A stretch of 60,583 nucleotides of DNA, filler included, from Stramenopiles sp. TOSAG23-2 (GCA_900128395.1; 12 parts of 12 records of this genome joined end to end with filler, not necessarily neighbours in it), one strand, 5' to 3'. Positions 1-12,244 are shown, counted from the first letter of the whole stretch. Notes: a model not told the origin generated them from the sequence alone. Made by a program: numbers and translations.

Positions 1-2
1 AA

Positions 3-947
3 TTGTCATTGTTAAATGCTTTAAAATTTATGAGTAAATTACGTGGTAACGCTGCAGATCCATGCAATCAATACAAAGATTGTTCTACATGTTTAAATGC
101 TCCATCCGGTTTATGTGGATGGTGTGATACTCCAGTTGTATACAGCTCGGGGGCACCTGGAGCTAATTGTGCTGGTTTTGATAAGGAAGGTAAAGCCAGT
201 CCATCATGGGTCTGTCATAAAAAATATCGTAGAGAATCATGTAATGATTATACATGCGATTGGACGAAATCAAGTGACCCAACGTGCAAAGAGTTGCCTG
301 AAGGTCAATCTGGTATGACAAAAGCTGTTTGTGAAATGGGTTGTAAGCCGCAAAATGGAATCTATCGTTGCAATAATCAAACGTTCCAATGTGAAAAATG
401 CAATATTAAATATTGCATGAATGACCAAGATTGTCCAAATTCGTACTGCCAAATTGATCATAGTAAACCAGGCCCATATGTTTGTCACGATAGTGATACT
501 GAGGGATGTCAAGATCATTCGCATTGCAATGCTACTTGCGGGGCTCCATTAATTGGTACATGGCGTGGAATCGACATCAGCAATGGCTTTTCAAGAGGAG
601 AATTTGATTTTAGTGCATATGCAGATGGTACTATCATGTGGAGAGACACTGTCGGTACGATTCATAAAGGACAAATGCATGCTGGTGATCAATCAGCTGT
701 CACGCAAGGCCAAGCGATTAAAATCTACGTCAATTCAACAGTAACATTGAAAGGTTTGTATGAATTAGATTCAAAAGGCGATGCTGGTATTGTTGATAAT
801 GCGTTCTTAACATTCAGTCAAATGAAACAAGTGACCAGCTTCGATGACGGGATGACAAGTGCAATGGAATTTGTTTTGCTTTCATGCAATGATAAAAGTG
901 GAGCACCGTGTGACTTCTCTGCGTCCGAAATACCAGAAAACCAATAA
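3..947 (+). CDS. Cys-rich, probably secreted protein with a PSI-like module (5' end possibly incomplete)
   Basis: DPCNQYKDCSTCLNAPSGLCGWC fits the PSI (plexin/semaphorin/integrin) Cys pattern. Further Cys-rich modules follow, then a beta-rich C-terminal domain. The ORF runs from the contig edge. Confidence 0.6.
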   Translation: MSLLNALKFMSKLRGNAADPCNQYKDCSTCLNAPSGLCGWCDTPVVYSSGAPGANCAGFDKEGKASPSWVCHKKYRRESCNDYTCDWTKSSDPTCKELPEGQSGMTKAVCEMGCKPQNGIYRCNNQTFQCEKCNIKYCMNDQDCPNSYCQIDHSKPGPYVCHDSDTEGCQDHSHCNATCGAPLIGTWRGIDISNGFSRGEFDFSAYADGTIMWRDTVGTIHKGQMHAGDQSAVTQGQAIKIYVNSTVTLKGLYELDSKGDAGIVDNAFLTFSQMKQVTSFDDGMTSAMEFVLLSCNDKSGAPCDFSASEIPENQ

Positions 948-1094
948 ATACTGAGATGTATTTTGTTTAAATGTTTAATATTCTCTTTAATCAGAGTATG
1001 ACATATCATATTAACACACCTAGATGAGATATTATGATACGTATATATCAAATATATAATAATATGTGGTTAAAATCTGTATATATATATATAT

Positions 1095-1291
1095 ATTTAA
1101 TTTACGCATAATTTATATTGTTTTAATTTACTCATGATAATTCCTACTCTTCAAAAGAATACAATAACTGAAATAATCTATCTCACACTAGTGTGTTGAT
1201 ATTCTCATAATCGAGAATACCAATGAAGGTAAATAGATAGTATCAACTACTCATAATAGCTGATGGAAAACGTACATCATAGGAAGGCGGA
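1095..1291 (-). repeat. Dispersed structured repeat family 1, copy A (candidate 3' end of a non-LTR element)
   Basis: Near-identical to the reverse complement of 13147-13271 and to 13470-13566. Abuts a (TA)n run at ~1080-1095. Confidence 0.85.
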
Positions 1292-1391
1292 NNNNNNNNN
1301 NNNNNNNNNNNNNNNNNNNNNNNNNNNNNNNNNNNTTAATTAATTAANNNNNNNNNNNNNNNNNNNNNNNNNNNNNNNNNNNNNNNNNNNN
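1292..1391. other. Artificial contig spacer (N44 + TTAATTAATTAA + N44), first of 11
   Basis: Identical 100-bp spacers at 1292-1391, 2683-2782, 4074-4173, 10380-10479, 16679-16778, 22973-23072, 29256-29355, 35538-35637, 41812-41911, 48079-48178 and 54332-54431. The linker gives stops in all six frames. Confidence 0.99.
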
Positions 1392-1585
1392 AATAATAAA
1401 AAAAAAAAAAAAGATACAATAGTTCTAATAGTCGTCTAGTGATACTCGTATTTTTTGTATTAGTATACAGATGTACTAATTTCGTATACTACCATCATGA
1501 ATATATAGGACAGCACCACACCACCACCACACACCATCAAGATTTAGATTTATGCACTTATCATTTCTTCAATTTATTTAATTTA

Positions 1586-2113
1586 TTATCCAAAAAGAAG
1601 TTTCTTTTTTTTGTTATTATTTGCATCATCTAGACCTTTTTTTTTCATTTGAAAGTAATTATGATATTGCATAATTAAACCAACAATATTATCTAGGCTA
1701 TTTTCTATTCGTTTTGGATCAATTAATTTAATAGCTCTACGTATTTCACTTGGATCGACTTTACCATCAATGCCTTTCAATGCTAATATACGTTCAATAA
1801 AGCAATTTCTGTAATAAATGCTTGAATATAAATGTAGTGCTAATGATATTATTACTATGATCACCAACAGTATTTCGATATGTAGCATTTAATAGATGGG
1901 GCAATATGATTTGCATGATTTCGGATACGCCTGTATTGATATCGTTTTTCAATTCATACAAAGTATAAATACATGCTTGCAACATTTTCTCTTTGTTCAA
2001 TTCATTTTTTGTTAGTTCCTCTTTTAATTTTAATAATGGTTAATATTTCCTACATCTAACGATGAATTTCCATCTAATAAAGTAGATGCTGTAACATTTT
2101 GATAAAATGACAT
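1586..2113 (-). pseudogene. Hypothetical ~175-aa protein split by two frameshifts
   Basis: ATG at 2113 (MSFYQNVTAS). The reading continues through ORF 1794-2000 and then the distal part of ORF 1586-1888 if single-base slips at ~2040 and ~1800 are corrected. Could be sequencing error rather than a pseudogene. Confidence 0.45.
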
Positions 2114-2863
2114 GTTTATTTGGTATATATATATATATGGGCACTATTTATGCTTTTTGTTGGCGTTGGCAGAGGGAGAGGGAAGATGTCATTTGTAATG
2201 ATTGTACTATACATTCTGCACATGGCACCATGCCCGGCATGTATGTATTTTTTACGAACATGTGTGTTTCAACGCTTTTTATAACGTTTTTATAGCTTCA
2301 GCCCCAATTATTGATGTAGCAGGCACATACCATTAGACGGCATACGACCTGCTATACAAGTATGATAGAACAATTCCCAGCATAAGCAGAAGAGAATTGT
2401 TGTGTGTTTCAATCCAGCAATCATCTGTGGCAATTTGATGATCGATCGAATGTGCGAATCACAGGAAATAAATCTACTAAATCTAATACAAGTAAATATA
2501 TTTAAGTATATAAAAAACAAAACAAATTGAATACATAATATGACGAATGTATATTAATACTTCTTCTTCTTCTTCTTCATTTACTGTATAATTATTATAT
2601 TGTCCAGGAATAATTCTATTGTAATTATTATATATATATATATATAACCTAATAAAAATAAATAATAATTGTATTTAATTAANNNNNNNNNNNNNNNNNN
2701 NNNNNNNNNNNNNNNNNNNNNNNNNNTTAATTAATTAANNNNNNNNNNNNNNNNNNNNNNNNNNNNNNNNNNNNNNNNNNNNGTGGTGTTGTGCATACTA
2801 TACAATTGATACTAGCAAAGATTAATTTAGAAGAAATAAATATATATACGGACAACGTACATT

Positions 2864-3937
2864 ATGGGTAACACAGAATCATCCCCGGAAGAATTAGCAA
2901 AAACAAAAGGTGGTGGCGAATCCTTCAATTCGTTACGTACATTTGCTACAAAATCAAACGAAAAAACTGATTGGTCAACATATGATAATGATGATTCATC
3001 AGTTGAATTTATATTAGATTCCGATGATGGACAGAAACGATTACAGGATTTGAAAGATAGCGTTGGTGCAGACCTGAAAGAAAAATATCCAGAATTAGTA
3101 AATTTCATTTGCACTGCATCATTAGTATTTCGTAATGGCGATATGAATACAGCTTCTCAACGAGTACAAAATTATTTACAGTGGAGACAAAAATATTTAG
3201 GAACATATGAAAAAATTATCTTGGAAAATGAACCTGAAATTTTGGAGATATACAATAGGAATTTATTCAATGTTATTGAGAATGTAGATGCAGAAGGACG
3301 TTGTGCTGTATATATACGTCTGAAATATATGGATCCAACTAAAATTTCCCCTTTATCCGTATTAAAAACGTTTCATTATTCCGTAATGGAACGTATAATG
3401 AAAGATCATCCAATTTGTCAAAAAAAAGGAATTTATATGATTGGTGATATGGGTGAGGCTGGTTTTAATAATCTTGATCAACGAGTTCCGAAAGCTATTA
3501 TGGGAGCCATCTCTAAGAACTTCCCGGTACGTTTGCATAAGATATTAATGGTACGACCAATATGGATATTAAATATTATATTTCCAATTGTTCGTTTGTT
3601 TTTATCCGCAAAATTACAAGATCGTATTAAAATAGTTGGGAACGATCCAAAATTATTAAAAGATTACGATTTATCAATGAGTAAATTACCTGAAGTACTT
3701 GGTGGTACAAATACGACATATGATTTTCAAAAACGTACGAAGGAATGGATTGAGGAGGAAAAAAAATTTATTGTAAAAACTAACAATGACAGTAATAACA
3801 AGAAGGCTGGTAAAGAGGAAGGAAATGAGACGACAACAGATAAGGATGATGATACAAAGAAACAAGCTGCAAAACAAGCAAGTGATATTGCTGTAGAAAA
3901 TGTTGTCGTTGATGGTGATACTGCAAAGGAGAGTTAG
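2864..3937 (+). CDS. CRAL-TRIO (Sec14-like) lipid-binding protein
   Basis: Family-like motifs DAEGRCAVYIR, KGIYMIGDM, FPVRLHKI, LSAKLQDRI, LPEVLGGT. The MGNTES start is a candidate N-myristoylation site. Confidence 0.9.
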   Translation: MGNTESSPEELAKTKGGGESFNSLRTFATKSNEKTDWSTYDNDDSSVEFILDSDDGQKRLQDLKDSVGADLKEKYPELVNFICTASLVFRNGDMNTASQRVQNYLQWRQKYLGTYEKIILENEPEILEIYNRNLFNVIENVDAEGRCAVYIRLKYMDPTKISPLSVLKTFHYSVMERIMKDHPICQKKGIYMIGDMGEAGFNNLDQRVPKAIMGAISKNFPVRLHKILMVRPIWILNIIFPIVRLFLSAKLQDRIKIVGNDPKLLKDYDLSMSKLPEVLGGTNTTYDFQKRTKEWIEEEKKFIVKTNNDSNNKKAGKEEGNETTTDKDDDTKKQAAKQASDIAVENVVVDGDTAKES

Positions 3938-4175
3938 AGTTTTTTTGAAAAAATATTACTCGTATTTTTTTATAAAATAGATTCTCTATCTAGAAATACT
4001 GAAGTGTTAATAAAAAGATTTTTAGTAAATTTGTCTTTGCACTTTTTTATATACGAACGTAATACGAACGTAANNNNNNNNNNNNNNNNNNNNNNNNNNN
4101 NNNNNNNNNNNNNNNNNTTAATTAATTAANNNNNNNNNNNNNNNNNNNNNNNNNNNNNNNNNNNNNNNNNNNNAA

Positions 4176-5559
4176 GAAACGAAAGCGTTCGTCCCTAATA
4201 CAGATGCAGATAACCAAACAATTGATTTAACTGGAAAAATGAATGTAACAGCGAATGGTACTATAAAGAACACCATGAATAGCCAAAGGGATATGGACAT
4301 TGATGACGATGATATCCAACAAAACGAAATACCGAAACCGAAAAGAAAGAGCAAAAAAATTAAAAGGTTGTTAAATGAAATGCAAGATGCACCACGACAT
4401 GCTAATAATATTGGTATTAATGCTGATGATGTTTTCTATCGCTCTACTCGGTATACAATTTATAAAAATGACAACGGAAAGCTTGGCGTGAATGTAGGTA
4501 TATTGGAACATGGTGACAAGAATGTTGGTATTGAATTAACAAGTATACAAAACCGAGAGGATTTAGAATTTCCTGTCTTGATTCTTGCTATTAATGATAG
4601 GCCATTGAAACCGATTAGTTTTGAAAGCTTAAAAGATTTAGTCAACACAAGCTCAAACACATATCACTTTGACGTATTGAAACGATTGAAAAGGCACAAG
4701 TTGACGTCTTCAAAAGCTAATTTTTTTAATAAAAACCCGTTGTTGATGTACTACAATGGTCTTGAAGAGACAGCAGGTGGTAAAAAGAAGAAAATCGTAA
4801 CCAGTATAAAAAAGAAAAATATGGTAAAAAAAATCACTAATGAAAGTAGTAGGAAATCCTCACGGGAGAAAACAGCAAGATATGTAAATATTAATGGTTA
4901 CAATGTTTTAAGAGAAGGTTCAACAATTGAACAGGATATTTTGGATTTGCCAAAGGTAAAGAAAAATTGGAATGCTTTCAATTTTTTTGCCCAATGGTTC
5001 AGAGATAATAAAGAGGATGAGATACAAGGTAAAGGAATGTCGGAACAGGCAGGTATTATTGGAGAACATTGGAAAAATACGTCACAAAGTGCAAAGCAGC
5101 CTTTCTTTGATATGGTAGAAAAAGACAAACTACGATATCAAGATGATTTGAAGAAACGAGAAAAATTAATCGAAACGATGAGGATGGAGGAAAAAAATCG
5201 AGTCGAAAATGAAAAACTTCGATGTTGCCAATATTGTCATAAGATGTTTCAATCTATTTCAAGAAGAGAAAAACATGAAATCAAATGTTATAATAATGCC
5301 AATCGAGTCCAAATTGTACGTAAACGAAAAGCAAGTACTGTAGCGGCAAGTAGAAATGCTACAATTAATGAAACTTTAAAGAAGCAGCGAATGGAAATTG
5401 TAGAGGCTATTTCAAAGCGCAATCGCCGTAGAAATGTATATTTAAGTGGGCATATTGAAACATTGAAACCATTTATTGAAACAAAAGTACGTAAATTGCT
5501 CCATAAATTTGCCTCTAAATCCGTACCCTCGGCTACTCCGCCGAAATCAGTGAGTAGTG

Positions 5560-5592
<33 letters not shown>

Positions 5593-8500
5593 ACAATGAG
5601 AATCCCGTCCAAGGAACAATATGCACAACCACAACAATCACTAGCACGACGACTAATACGACTACTACTACCACCACCAAAAATAGTACGCCTCAAACAA
5701 TAAGTAAAAGCGATAGCAATTCAAATGATAAGGCGGTTACGAATCTAAATCTGCAAACACACCCAGATTATCTGAAAAATGGAACATTGCGTAGCTATCA
5801 ATTAGCTGGAGTGAATTTTTTGATTGGTATGCATGACAAAGGTTTAAATGGTATATTGGCAGATGAAATGGGCCTAGGCAAAACTATTCAAACAATTGCG
5901 TTTTTAAGTTATTTAAAATACGAAAGGTATTTAAGTGGTATTCCCAGTTTAATTGTTGTTCCGTTGTCAGTGTTAAATGCATGGGTCAAAGAAATAAAAA
6001 AATGGGCACCAGAATTTAAAGTCATGTGTTACCATTCAAACGGAACGAATGAGCGCGAAAGATTGAAGAGAAAGTTAAAGGCGCGCAGTACAGAATATGA
6101 TGTTGTTGTTACCACATATGACGTTATTAAATCTAAACATGCCAAGTTTTTATTTAGTGGAACGTTTAAATGGAGATATGCTGTACTAGATGAAGGCCAT
6201 AAAATCAAAAACGAATTATCTGAAATTAGCCAACAAATGGCAAAAATTACAAGCGAAGGCAAGTTAATATTAACTGGAACGCCATTGCAAAACAATTTAC
6301 ACGAGTTATGGGCACTGTTGTATTATTTGGAATCGGACATTTTCACTGTTAGTACGCCATTTGATAATGCTTTCAATCTAACAACAAATCAATGTGATAA
6401 TGAAGTACTAAATAAAGCTCATCATTTACTTGCTTTGTTTCAGTTACGGAGGTTGAAAAGCGAAGTTGAATTTTCGTTGCCAAAATTGCACGAGGTACAG
6501 TTGGAAGTTGATTTATCTGAAAAGCAGAAACAATATGCAAAGATCCTATTAAATAAAGATATGAACCTATTGAATCAAGTGGAGAGGAGAGTAGGCGCAT
6601 CCGGCGGCGAAACTTTTGAAAAAGAGCACGATGCTTGGAAACGTTTAAATAATTTATTGATGCAACTTCGCAAAGTTTGTAATCATCCATATTGTTTACC
6701 ACGTGTAGATGATGATCATGCTACTACGGAAGACATCGTCACATCGAGTCAAAAAATGGTTGTTCTTGATAAACTTTTAGCTAGACTGAAAGAAAAAGGC
6801 CATCGTGTTGTGCTCTTTTCTCAATTTGTAATAATGTTGAATATATTTGAGGAATATTTAAATTTTCGTGGGTATAAATATGCTCGTTTAGATGGGCAAA
6901 CTTCAAGGGGTAGAAGATCGATTGATTTGCGTGTTTTTAATCAAAAAAATAGCGACTTGTTTATATATCTGATGTCAACCAGAGCTGGTGGCCTTGGTAT
7001 CAACGCACAGACTGCTGATACTGTTATTTTATATGATAGTGATTGGAATCCGCAAGTGGATCGCCAAGCGCAGGCACGTGTACATCGTATTGGCCAGACA
7101 AAAAAAGTACATTGTTATAGGCTTGTAACACGTAATACAGTAGAGGAAAGGATCATTCAACGGGCAAATAAGAAATTATACCTTGACAAAGTTGTAAATC
7201 GTGACTCAACTGCTAAGTCAGAGGAATATGAAAAGTTGGGACTGAAGGAAATGCTTAAAATTTTGAAATTCGGCGCCAATGCTATTTTTAATAATAGTGG
7301 AAGCGGTGGCCAGATCGTCTATACTGACAATGATATTTTAAAAATTATTGACAGGACAAAGGATAATCTTCCGGATGCCAGGAAAGATGCATCGAATTTT
7401 AATCCTGAAAACGTAGATTTGGAATATAGAAACATTGGCATGGATGGTACAAATTCATCAGCTGAAGCTGAATCTAACGACATGCAAAAGTCGCCATTGC
7501 TGGAGCCTGCTCGAGAGTCACCAAGTAAAGCTATTTTCATGCCGCAATTACATGGGAAGAGAGACCGCGTTTCCACAACGGTTGAAGTCAATGGATATAA
7601 AGTAAAAAAGACTAATAATTACACTATGCAAGAGGGTGGCTTAATGTTTAGCGGAAGTAGCAGTAGTGGGGGTAATGGAATTAGCGGGTCTTATGGTGCG
7701 TTACCACAAAAAAGATATATAATGAAAGCCGGTAGAGATTACGACCATGACGAATTATGCTTAATTTGTTGGGATGGCGGGGACTTATTATGTTGTGATC
7801 AATGTTCAGGAACGTATCATGAAAGTTGTTTAAGAGCTCGTGGTTACGAAGCAGCACTTGATAGTCATCTACAACCAGGAAAGTTGACAACCTTCAAATG
7901 CCCTCACCATAGTTGCAAAGGATGTGGCAGGGGGAGTACTGATGTAGGGGGCGTTTTACTTGTTTGCACCGAATGCCCAACAGCTTTATGTGAAGATTGT
8001 GAAAATCCTGATAATTCCTTTTTATCTGATGGCCGCTGCCAAAGATTTGAAAAATTGGGGATGCCAATTTCAAAAACTAATTACTACTTTCAATGCTCCA
8101 AAACTTGTAAAAGATTTCATGACGTTCGAGTTGAGAAAGGGGTCGTAAGCGCAATTAATGATTATACTAAATCCCATGCCAATTTACCGGCGGAAGTAAT
8201 ACAACGACGATCTAGCTATCCACGGGATACTTCTGCATATCTTGGGAAGTTGATGAATTACGATCAAGGTGTTTTTGCAGTTGTAGAAGATGGCGAAACA
8301 CTTGATGATATTGCTAATCAATATTCTTATTTATTTGATGATGATCTAGATCCTCGAACAATCATGAAATTAAACCGTGAAATTTCTGGAATTGGCCTAA
8401 ATGCAAAGTTTCTCTCAGGTACTTCATTGTTTTTAACTCGAGGTGCTGTTATTAAGAGTAGAGACGTTGCTAGCAGAAAGTATGCAAAACAAAGCATGTA

Positions 8501-9014
8501 TACCCAAGAAACCGACCACGAACCACTACCGAAATTGATTAAGTTTACTTATAATGGCATTAAACAAAATGTTGGTGGATCGATTGTTGTAAGTGTAAAT
8601 CGTAAGAAACTTGGATTGTATTTATTGGGTAATAGAAATAGCAATTGCATTATGTGTACCGCTAACAAGGATGCGGAAATATGGAAGGATAAATTAGGTG
8701 ATCAACGATTGCCTTTAGTTGCATTGAACGGCGTATCTTTGGAAAACAAGTCGACTGGCGATGTTGTTAAATGTATTCAAGAATTTTCTCGCCCCCTCCA
8801 AGTTGAATTTGCTATACCAGGAGATTGGGAATGTAATTGTTGTAAAGTAAAAAATAGTAACATAACGAAAAGATGTTTTTCATGTAAAAAAGGATATAAG
8901 CCTGAGAGACCTTATGAATTTCCAATTGTTAGGGAGGAAAGATTGCTGGAAAAAGCAAAAAGAAAAAAGATGAAGAAAAAGAAGAAGATGATGATGATGA
9001 AAACAAAAGATTAA
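4176..9014 (+). CDS. SNF2/ISWI-like chromatin-remodelling ATPase with PDZ-like, HMG-box, PHD/C5HCH, LysM-like and RanBP2-ZnF modules (5' partial)
   Basis: Helicase motifs GILADEMGLGKT, DEGH, LTGTPLQNNL, STRAGGLGIN, SDWNPQ, QARVHRIGQ. HMG box ~4950-5155; PHD plus C5HCH-like ~7750-8005. The frame is open from the contig edge (ETKAFVPNT...) upstream of ATG 4239. Confidence 0.93.
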
Positions 9015-9517
9015 AAACCCACACACAAAAAATTGTTTTTTTGTGTTTCGTAAAATTATGTCTTTAAAATTTTTTAAAAATTACGACGTAATTGAAACCA
9101 CATACATTGATATATATATATATATGTGTGTGTGTGTGTACACATATGATGAGAGAGAGGGAGGGGGGAGAGGGGAGAGAGAGAGAGAGAGAGAGATGAA
9201 TATATCATTTAATATAAATGATGGTTAAAATATAAGAGTTAAATAATAATTTTACTTCTCATGTTAAATAATATACATGATGCTCAATACTCAATCTCGA
9301 GAATAAATATTCTATATTCTACTATAGTGAACAAGCTCTATCATTTAATATATGAATATATATTCGTATATTATATAATATATATATACATGCATATATA
9401 TGGTTAAAATCTAAGTTATTACACATTACACATGCATATATATATTATAAAAGGAGTAGTGAGTAAGAGAAAATTATATATATCATATATATATAATAAA
9501 GGATAAACTACTTTTTT

Positions 9518-10327
9518 TTACAATTTGCTGCTGCTATTACTATCGTTTCTTCGTCGTACATTTCTGGCGTTGTTATAATAGTTTGGGACATCGACTAAGA
9601 AAAATTCTTTAATATCATTTGCAAGAATTTCTGGAGTTTCAAATGCAGCAAAATGACCACCAACATCAAAACGATTGTATCTAATCATATTGTAAGCTTC
9701 ATGCAGCCAACTAAGTGGCAATTGAGATATTTCTTCTGGGAAATGAACACATGCACTTGGAACTTTCACTTTAACATTTCTTAATTCTTGCCGTTCTGTG
9801 GACACACCTGGCATTGTTGGTGCACCACTGCCATTTTCAAAATAATAGCGAATGGAGGAACCAATTGTAGATGTAACCCAATATATAGTAATAATAGTTA
9901 ATATTTCATCTTTTGTCAATAACTCCATCTTGTTCCATGTCCAACTATGAAATTTTTCTAAAATCCATGCCATTAACCCAACTGGAGAATCATTTAATCC
10001 ATAGCTCAACGTTTGTGGCTTTTGCCCTTGTATTTTTTGATAAGCTTGACCAACTTGTGTAAATAATTTTGTTTTTCTCATACCTTCTATTTCGACAGGT
10101 GTTAAAGCATTTTCATCAAACCCATCTGGTTCAATTCCCCTGGGCATATTGGTATGCATCGCGATGCAATGATCAGAAAAAAGTACTGCTAGTGTTTTTG
10201 TTATGGAACTACCCCAATCACCACCTTGCGCATAATATGTTTTATAACCCAATTTTATCATTAAATCGTGATAATCTCTTGCTGTAGCTACGGTATTTCC
10301 ATTGCGTACATGAAATGCTTCAGAAAA
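9518..10327 (-). CDS. Epoxide hydrolase (EPHX1-like alpha/beta hydrolase), 5' truncated, with C-terminal PTS1 (SKL)
   Basis: QGGDWGS nucleophile elbow, PQTLSYGLNDSPVGLMAWILEKF, GGHFAAFE. The frame extends upstream of the listed ATG (FSEAFHVRNG...) to a chimeric junction at ~10327. Confidence 0.92.
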   Translation of the reverse strand, partial: FSEAFHVRNGNTVATARDYHDLMIKLGYKTYYAQGGDWGSSITKTLAVLFSDHCIAMHTNMPRGIEPDGFDENALTPVEIEGMRKTKLFTQVGQAYQKIQGQKPQTLSYGLNDSPVGLMAWILEKFHSWTWNKMELLTKDEILTIITIYWVTSTIGSSIRYYFENGSGAPTMPGVSTERQELRNVKVKVPSACVHFPEEISQLPLSWLHEAYNMIRYNRFDVGGHFAAFETPEILANDIKEFFLVDVPNYYNNARNVRRRNDSNSSSKL

Positions 10328-10379
10328 TCAATTGTTTGGTTATCTGCATCTGTATTAGGGACGAACGCTTTCGTTTCTT
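10325..10379. repeat. 55-bp exact inverted copy of the contig start (4174-4228)
   Basis: AAGAAACGAAAGCGTTCGTCCC...CAATTGATTT at 4174 is the reverse complement of the contig's last 55 nt. Confidence 0.95.
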
Positions 10380-10479
10380 NNNNNNNNNNNNNNNNNNNNN
10401 NNNNNNNNNNNNNNNNNNNNNNNTTAATTAATTAANNNNNNNNNNNNNNNNNNNNNNNNNNNNNNNNNNNNNNNNNNNN

Positions 10480-11745
10480 ATTCGGCTCAACGACGACCCA
10501 ATTGAAGGGTACGAGGCTGATGTTGGCGAAAAAACGCACTTACGGTTTAGAAGTGAACCGTTTTGCGGCTCACACGTTGGCTTGCCTGAATATAGTAGTG
10601 TATACTGTTTTACGCAAGCAGATTCTAAGCTGTTGCATGCTATGTATAGTGTATGGAAGAGCAAATTACATGATACGCTATTACATTTTAACAAGTATAA
10701 AATTTATGGAGAATACCAACGCCGACGATATCCGCGACAGCCTAAATTTTATATTCCAAATCAGCAGTTCCTCAAATATATGGAAAAGAGAAAGGGTCGC
10801 AGCCCTTTTATCTTACATGCTGTGATATTTGCGATAAATGCTTGTAAAAATGTCGATGTGTATGGCGCAGATGGCTACGGTGGCAATAGTGCATATTATG
10901 GACAAGTTGAAAATTCATACCGAAACTCCGAGATAAACTTCCTTGGAAATGCGCTAAGGTCCAAAACTATCAATTTTCACAAAAGGGAGGGTTCGAGGAG
11001 CAACATCTTTAATGGGGTTTCAAAAACTTTTAATAAATCTTTAAAATTTGGAAAAGAAAATCCCATCTCGAGCAAGTGGGGCAAAGTTGTATCTAACGGG
11101 AGTAAATCGCTACCAAGATTTGAAACTTGTGCTGTTGTTGGTAGTGGCGGAATTTTAAAAACTTACCAGCATGGGCCGGAGATTGATGCCCACGATGCAA
11201 TCTTTCGCATAAATGGAGCCCCAACCAGGGGTTTTGAGACTATTGTAGGCGCTAACACCACATTTCGTGTTTCATACCCACCACACTGTGGAGCTATTAA
11301 TGGTCTTGAAAGAAGTGGTATAATATGCAATGACTATGGCACTGGAGGCTTCAAGAATCTTTTGCGTTTGTGGGAATATGGAAAGAGTAAAATGAAAGCA
11401 ACGTGTGTCAATTTACAAATGGGGAATTGTAGACAAACTTATGATCCAAAATTTGTAATATTTACTTCAATCGTCAGAAATGAGCTGCTAAAAAAAGTTG
11501 CTAGACCAACAGGCGGTATGGTAGCCATATATGTTGCTCTACAAGCTTGTCGGTATGTAAATGTCTATGGGTTTACAATTGGGCAAGCTCATAAAAGAAA
11601 GACGAAAATGAGAGGCGGGTATCATTATTTTGATAAATCAGACTTACAGCTGAATAAACCTAATGTTCATACGTTTTCCCAAGAAGGAGAGTATATCGAA
11701 GAGCTGGAAAAGTTGAAATATATTGTAAACAGAACCCCATTATAA
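10480..11745 (+). CDS. GT29 sialyltransferase-like protein with two tandem GT29 domains (5' partial)
   Basis: Frame is open from the contig start: IRLNDDPIEGYEADVGEKTHLR is the end of sialylmotif L, followed by an S-like ACKNVDVYG. The second domain is complete: L (CAVVGSGG...FRINGAP...VGANTTFR), S (PTGGMVAI...CRYVNVYGF), III (HYF) and VS (HTFSQE). Confidence 0.88.
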   Translation: MRLNDDPIEGYEADVGEKTHLRFRSEPFCGSHVGLPEYSSVYCFTQADSKLLHAMYSVWKSKLHDTLLHFNKYKIYGEYQRRRYPRQPKFYIPNQQFLKYMEKRKGRSPFILHAVIFAINACKNVDVYGADGYGGNSAYYGQVENSYRNSEINFLGNALRSKTINFHKREGSRSNIFNGVSKTFNKSLKFGKENPISSKWGKVVSNGSKSLPRFETCAVVGSGGILKTYQHGPEIDAHDAIFRINGAPTRGFETIVGANTTFRVSYPPHCGAINGLERSGIICNDYGTGGFKNLLRLWEYGKSKMKATCVNLQMGNCRQTYDPKFVIFTSIVRNELLKKVARPTGGMVAIYVALQACRYVNVYGFTIGQAHKRKTKMRGGYHYFDKSDLQLNKPNVHTFSQEGEYIEELEKLKYIVNRTPL

Positions 11746-11767
11746 TTGCTGCATTCAATTATGTGTA

Positions 11768-12235
11768 TCAAAATCGACTCATCAAAAGATCAAAGATCGG
11801 GGGTTGCCTGTCCCCTTTAAAGGCGTTTATAACATCTGGAAATAAGGCAACACGATCAGGATTGTTGTTCCTTTTTCAATTTTCTCGCAGCAGACTATTG
11901 TCTAGCACACAATTATTGATACCCATCAGTAACCGCAAGATATCTCTATATTGATAACGGATGCACCGGTTAAAGGTACGAGATATGATACACTGCCCCA
12001 ATTGGTCTGACCGCTATGGTTTCCCCTCGCTATGTGTATCTTTCACAATATAAAAAGTGTATAGGTCTGTTAATGCAATTGTTCCTTTTGAAAGTCCTTT
12101 AATTGATGGCATAGTTTTATTATATTGTATTGCATATATCTTTGATGAATGCGCATTTTTCAATGGATGTGTTTAACACGTTGATTCCATCTGCTTACCT
12201 CCTCAATTATTGCTGTATTTTAGAAATAATGGCAC
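11768..12235 (-). mobile_element. Decayed reverse-transcriptase fragment of a CRE-like non-LTR retrotransposon
   Basis: Manual translation across frameshifts: AVRPIG (12014-11997) and NPDRVALFPDVINAFKGDRQPPIFDLLMSRF* (11863-11768) resemble non-LTR RT motifs RPI and LDxxNAF. Several stops and frameshifts. Confidence 0.62.
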
Positions 12236-12244
12236 GTTTCGCGG

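Noticed and set aside
4174-10379. Contig 4 as a TIR-bounded DNA transposon or linear element
   Set aside because: The inverted repeat is exactly 55 nt, lies in the SNF2 reading frame and cuts the epoxide hydrolase. No transposase is present, so an assembly or amplification artefact is more likely.
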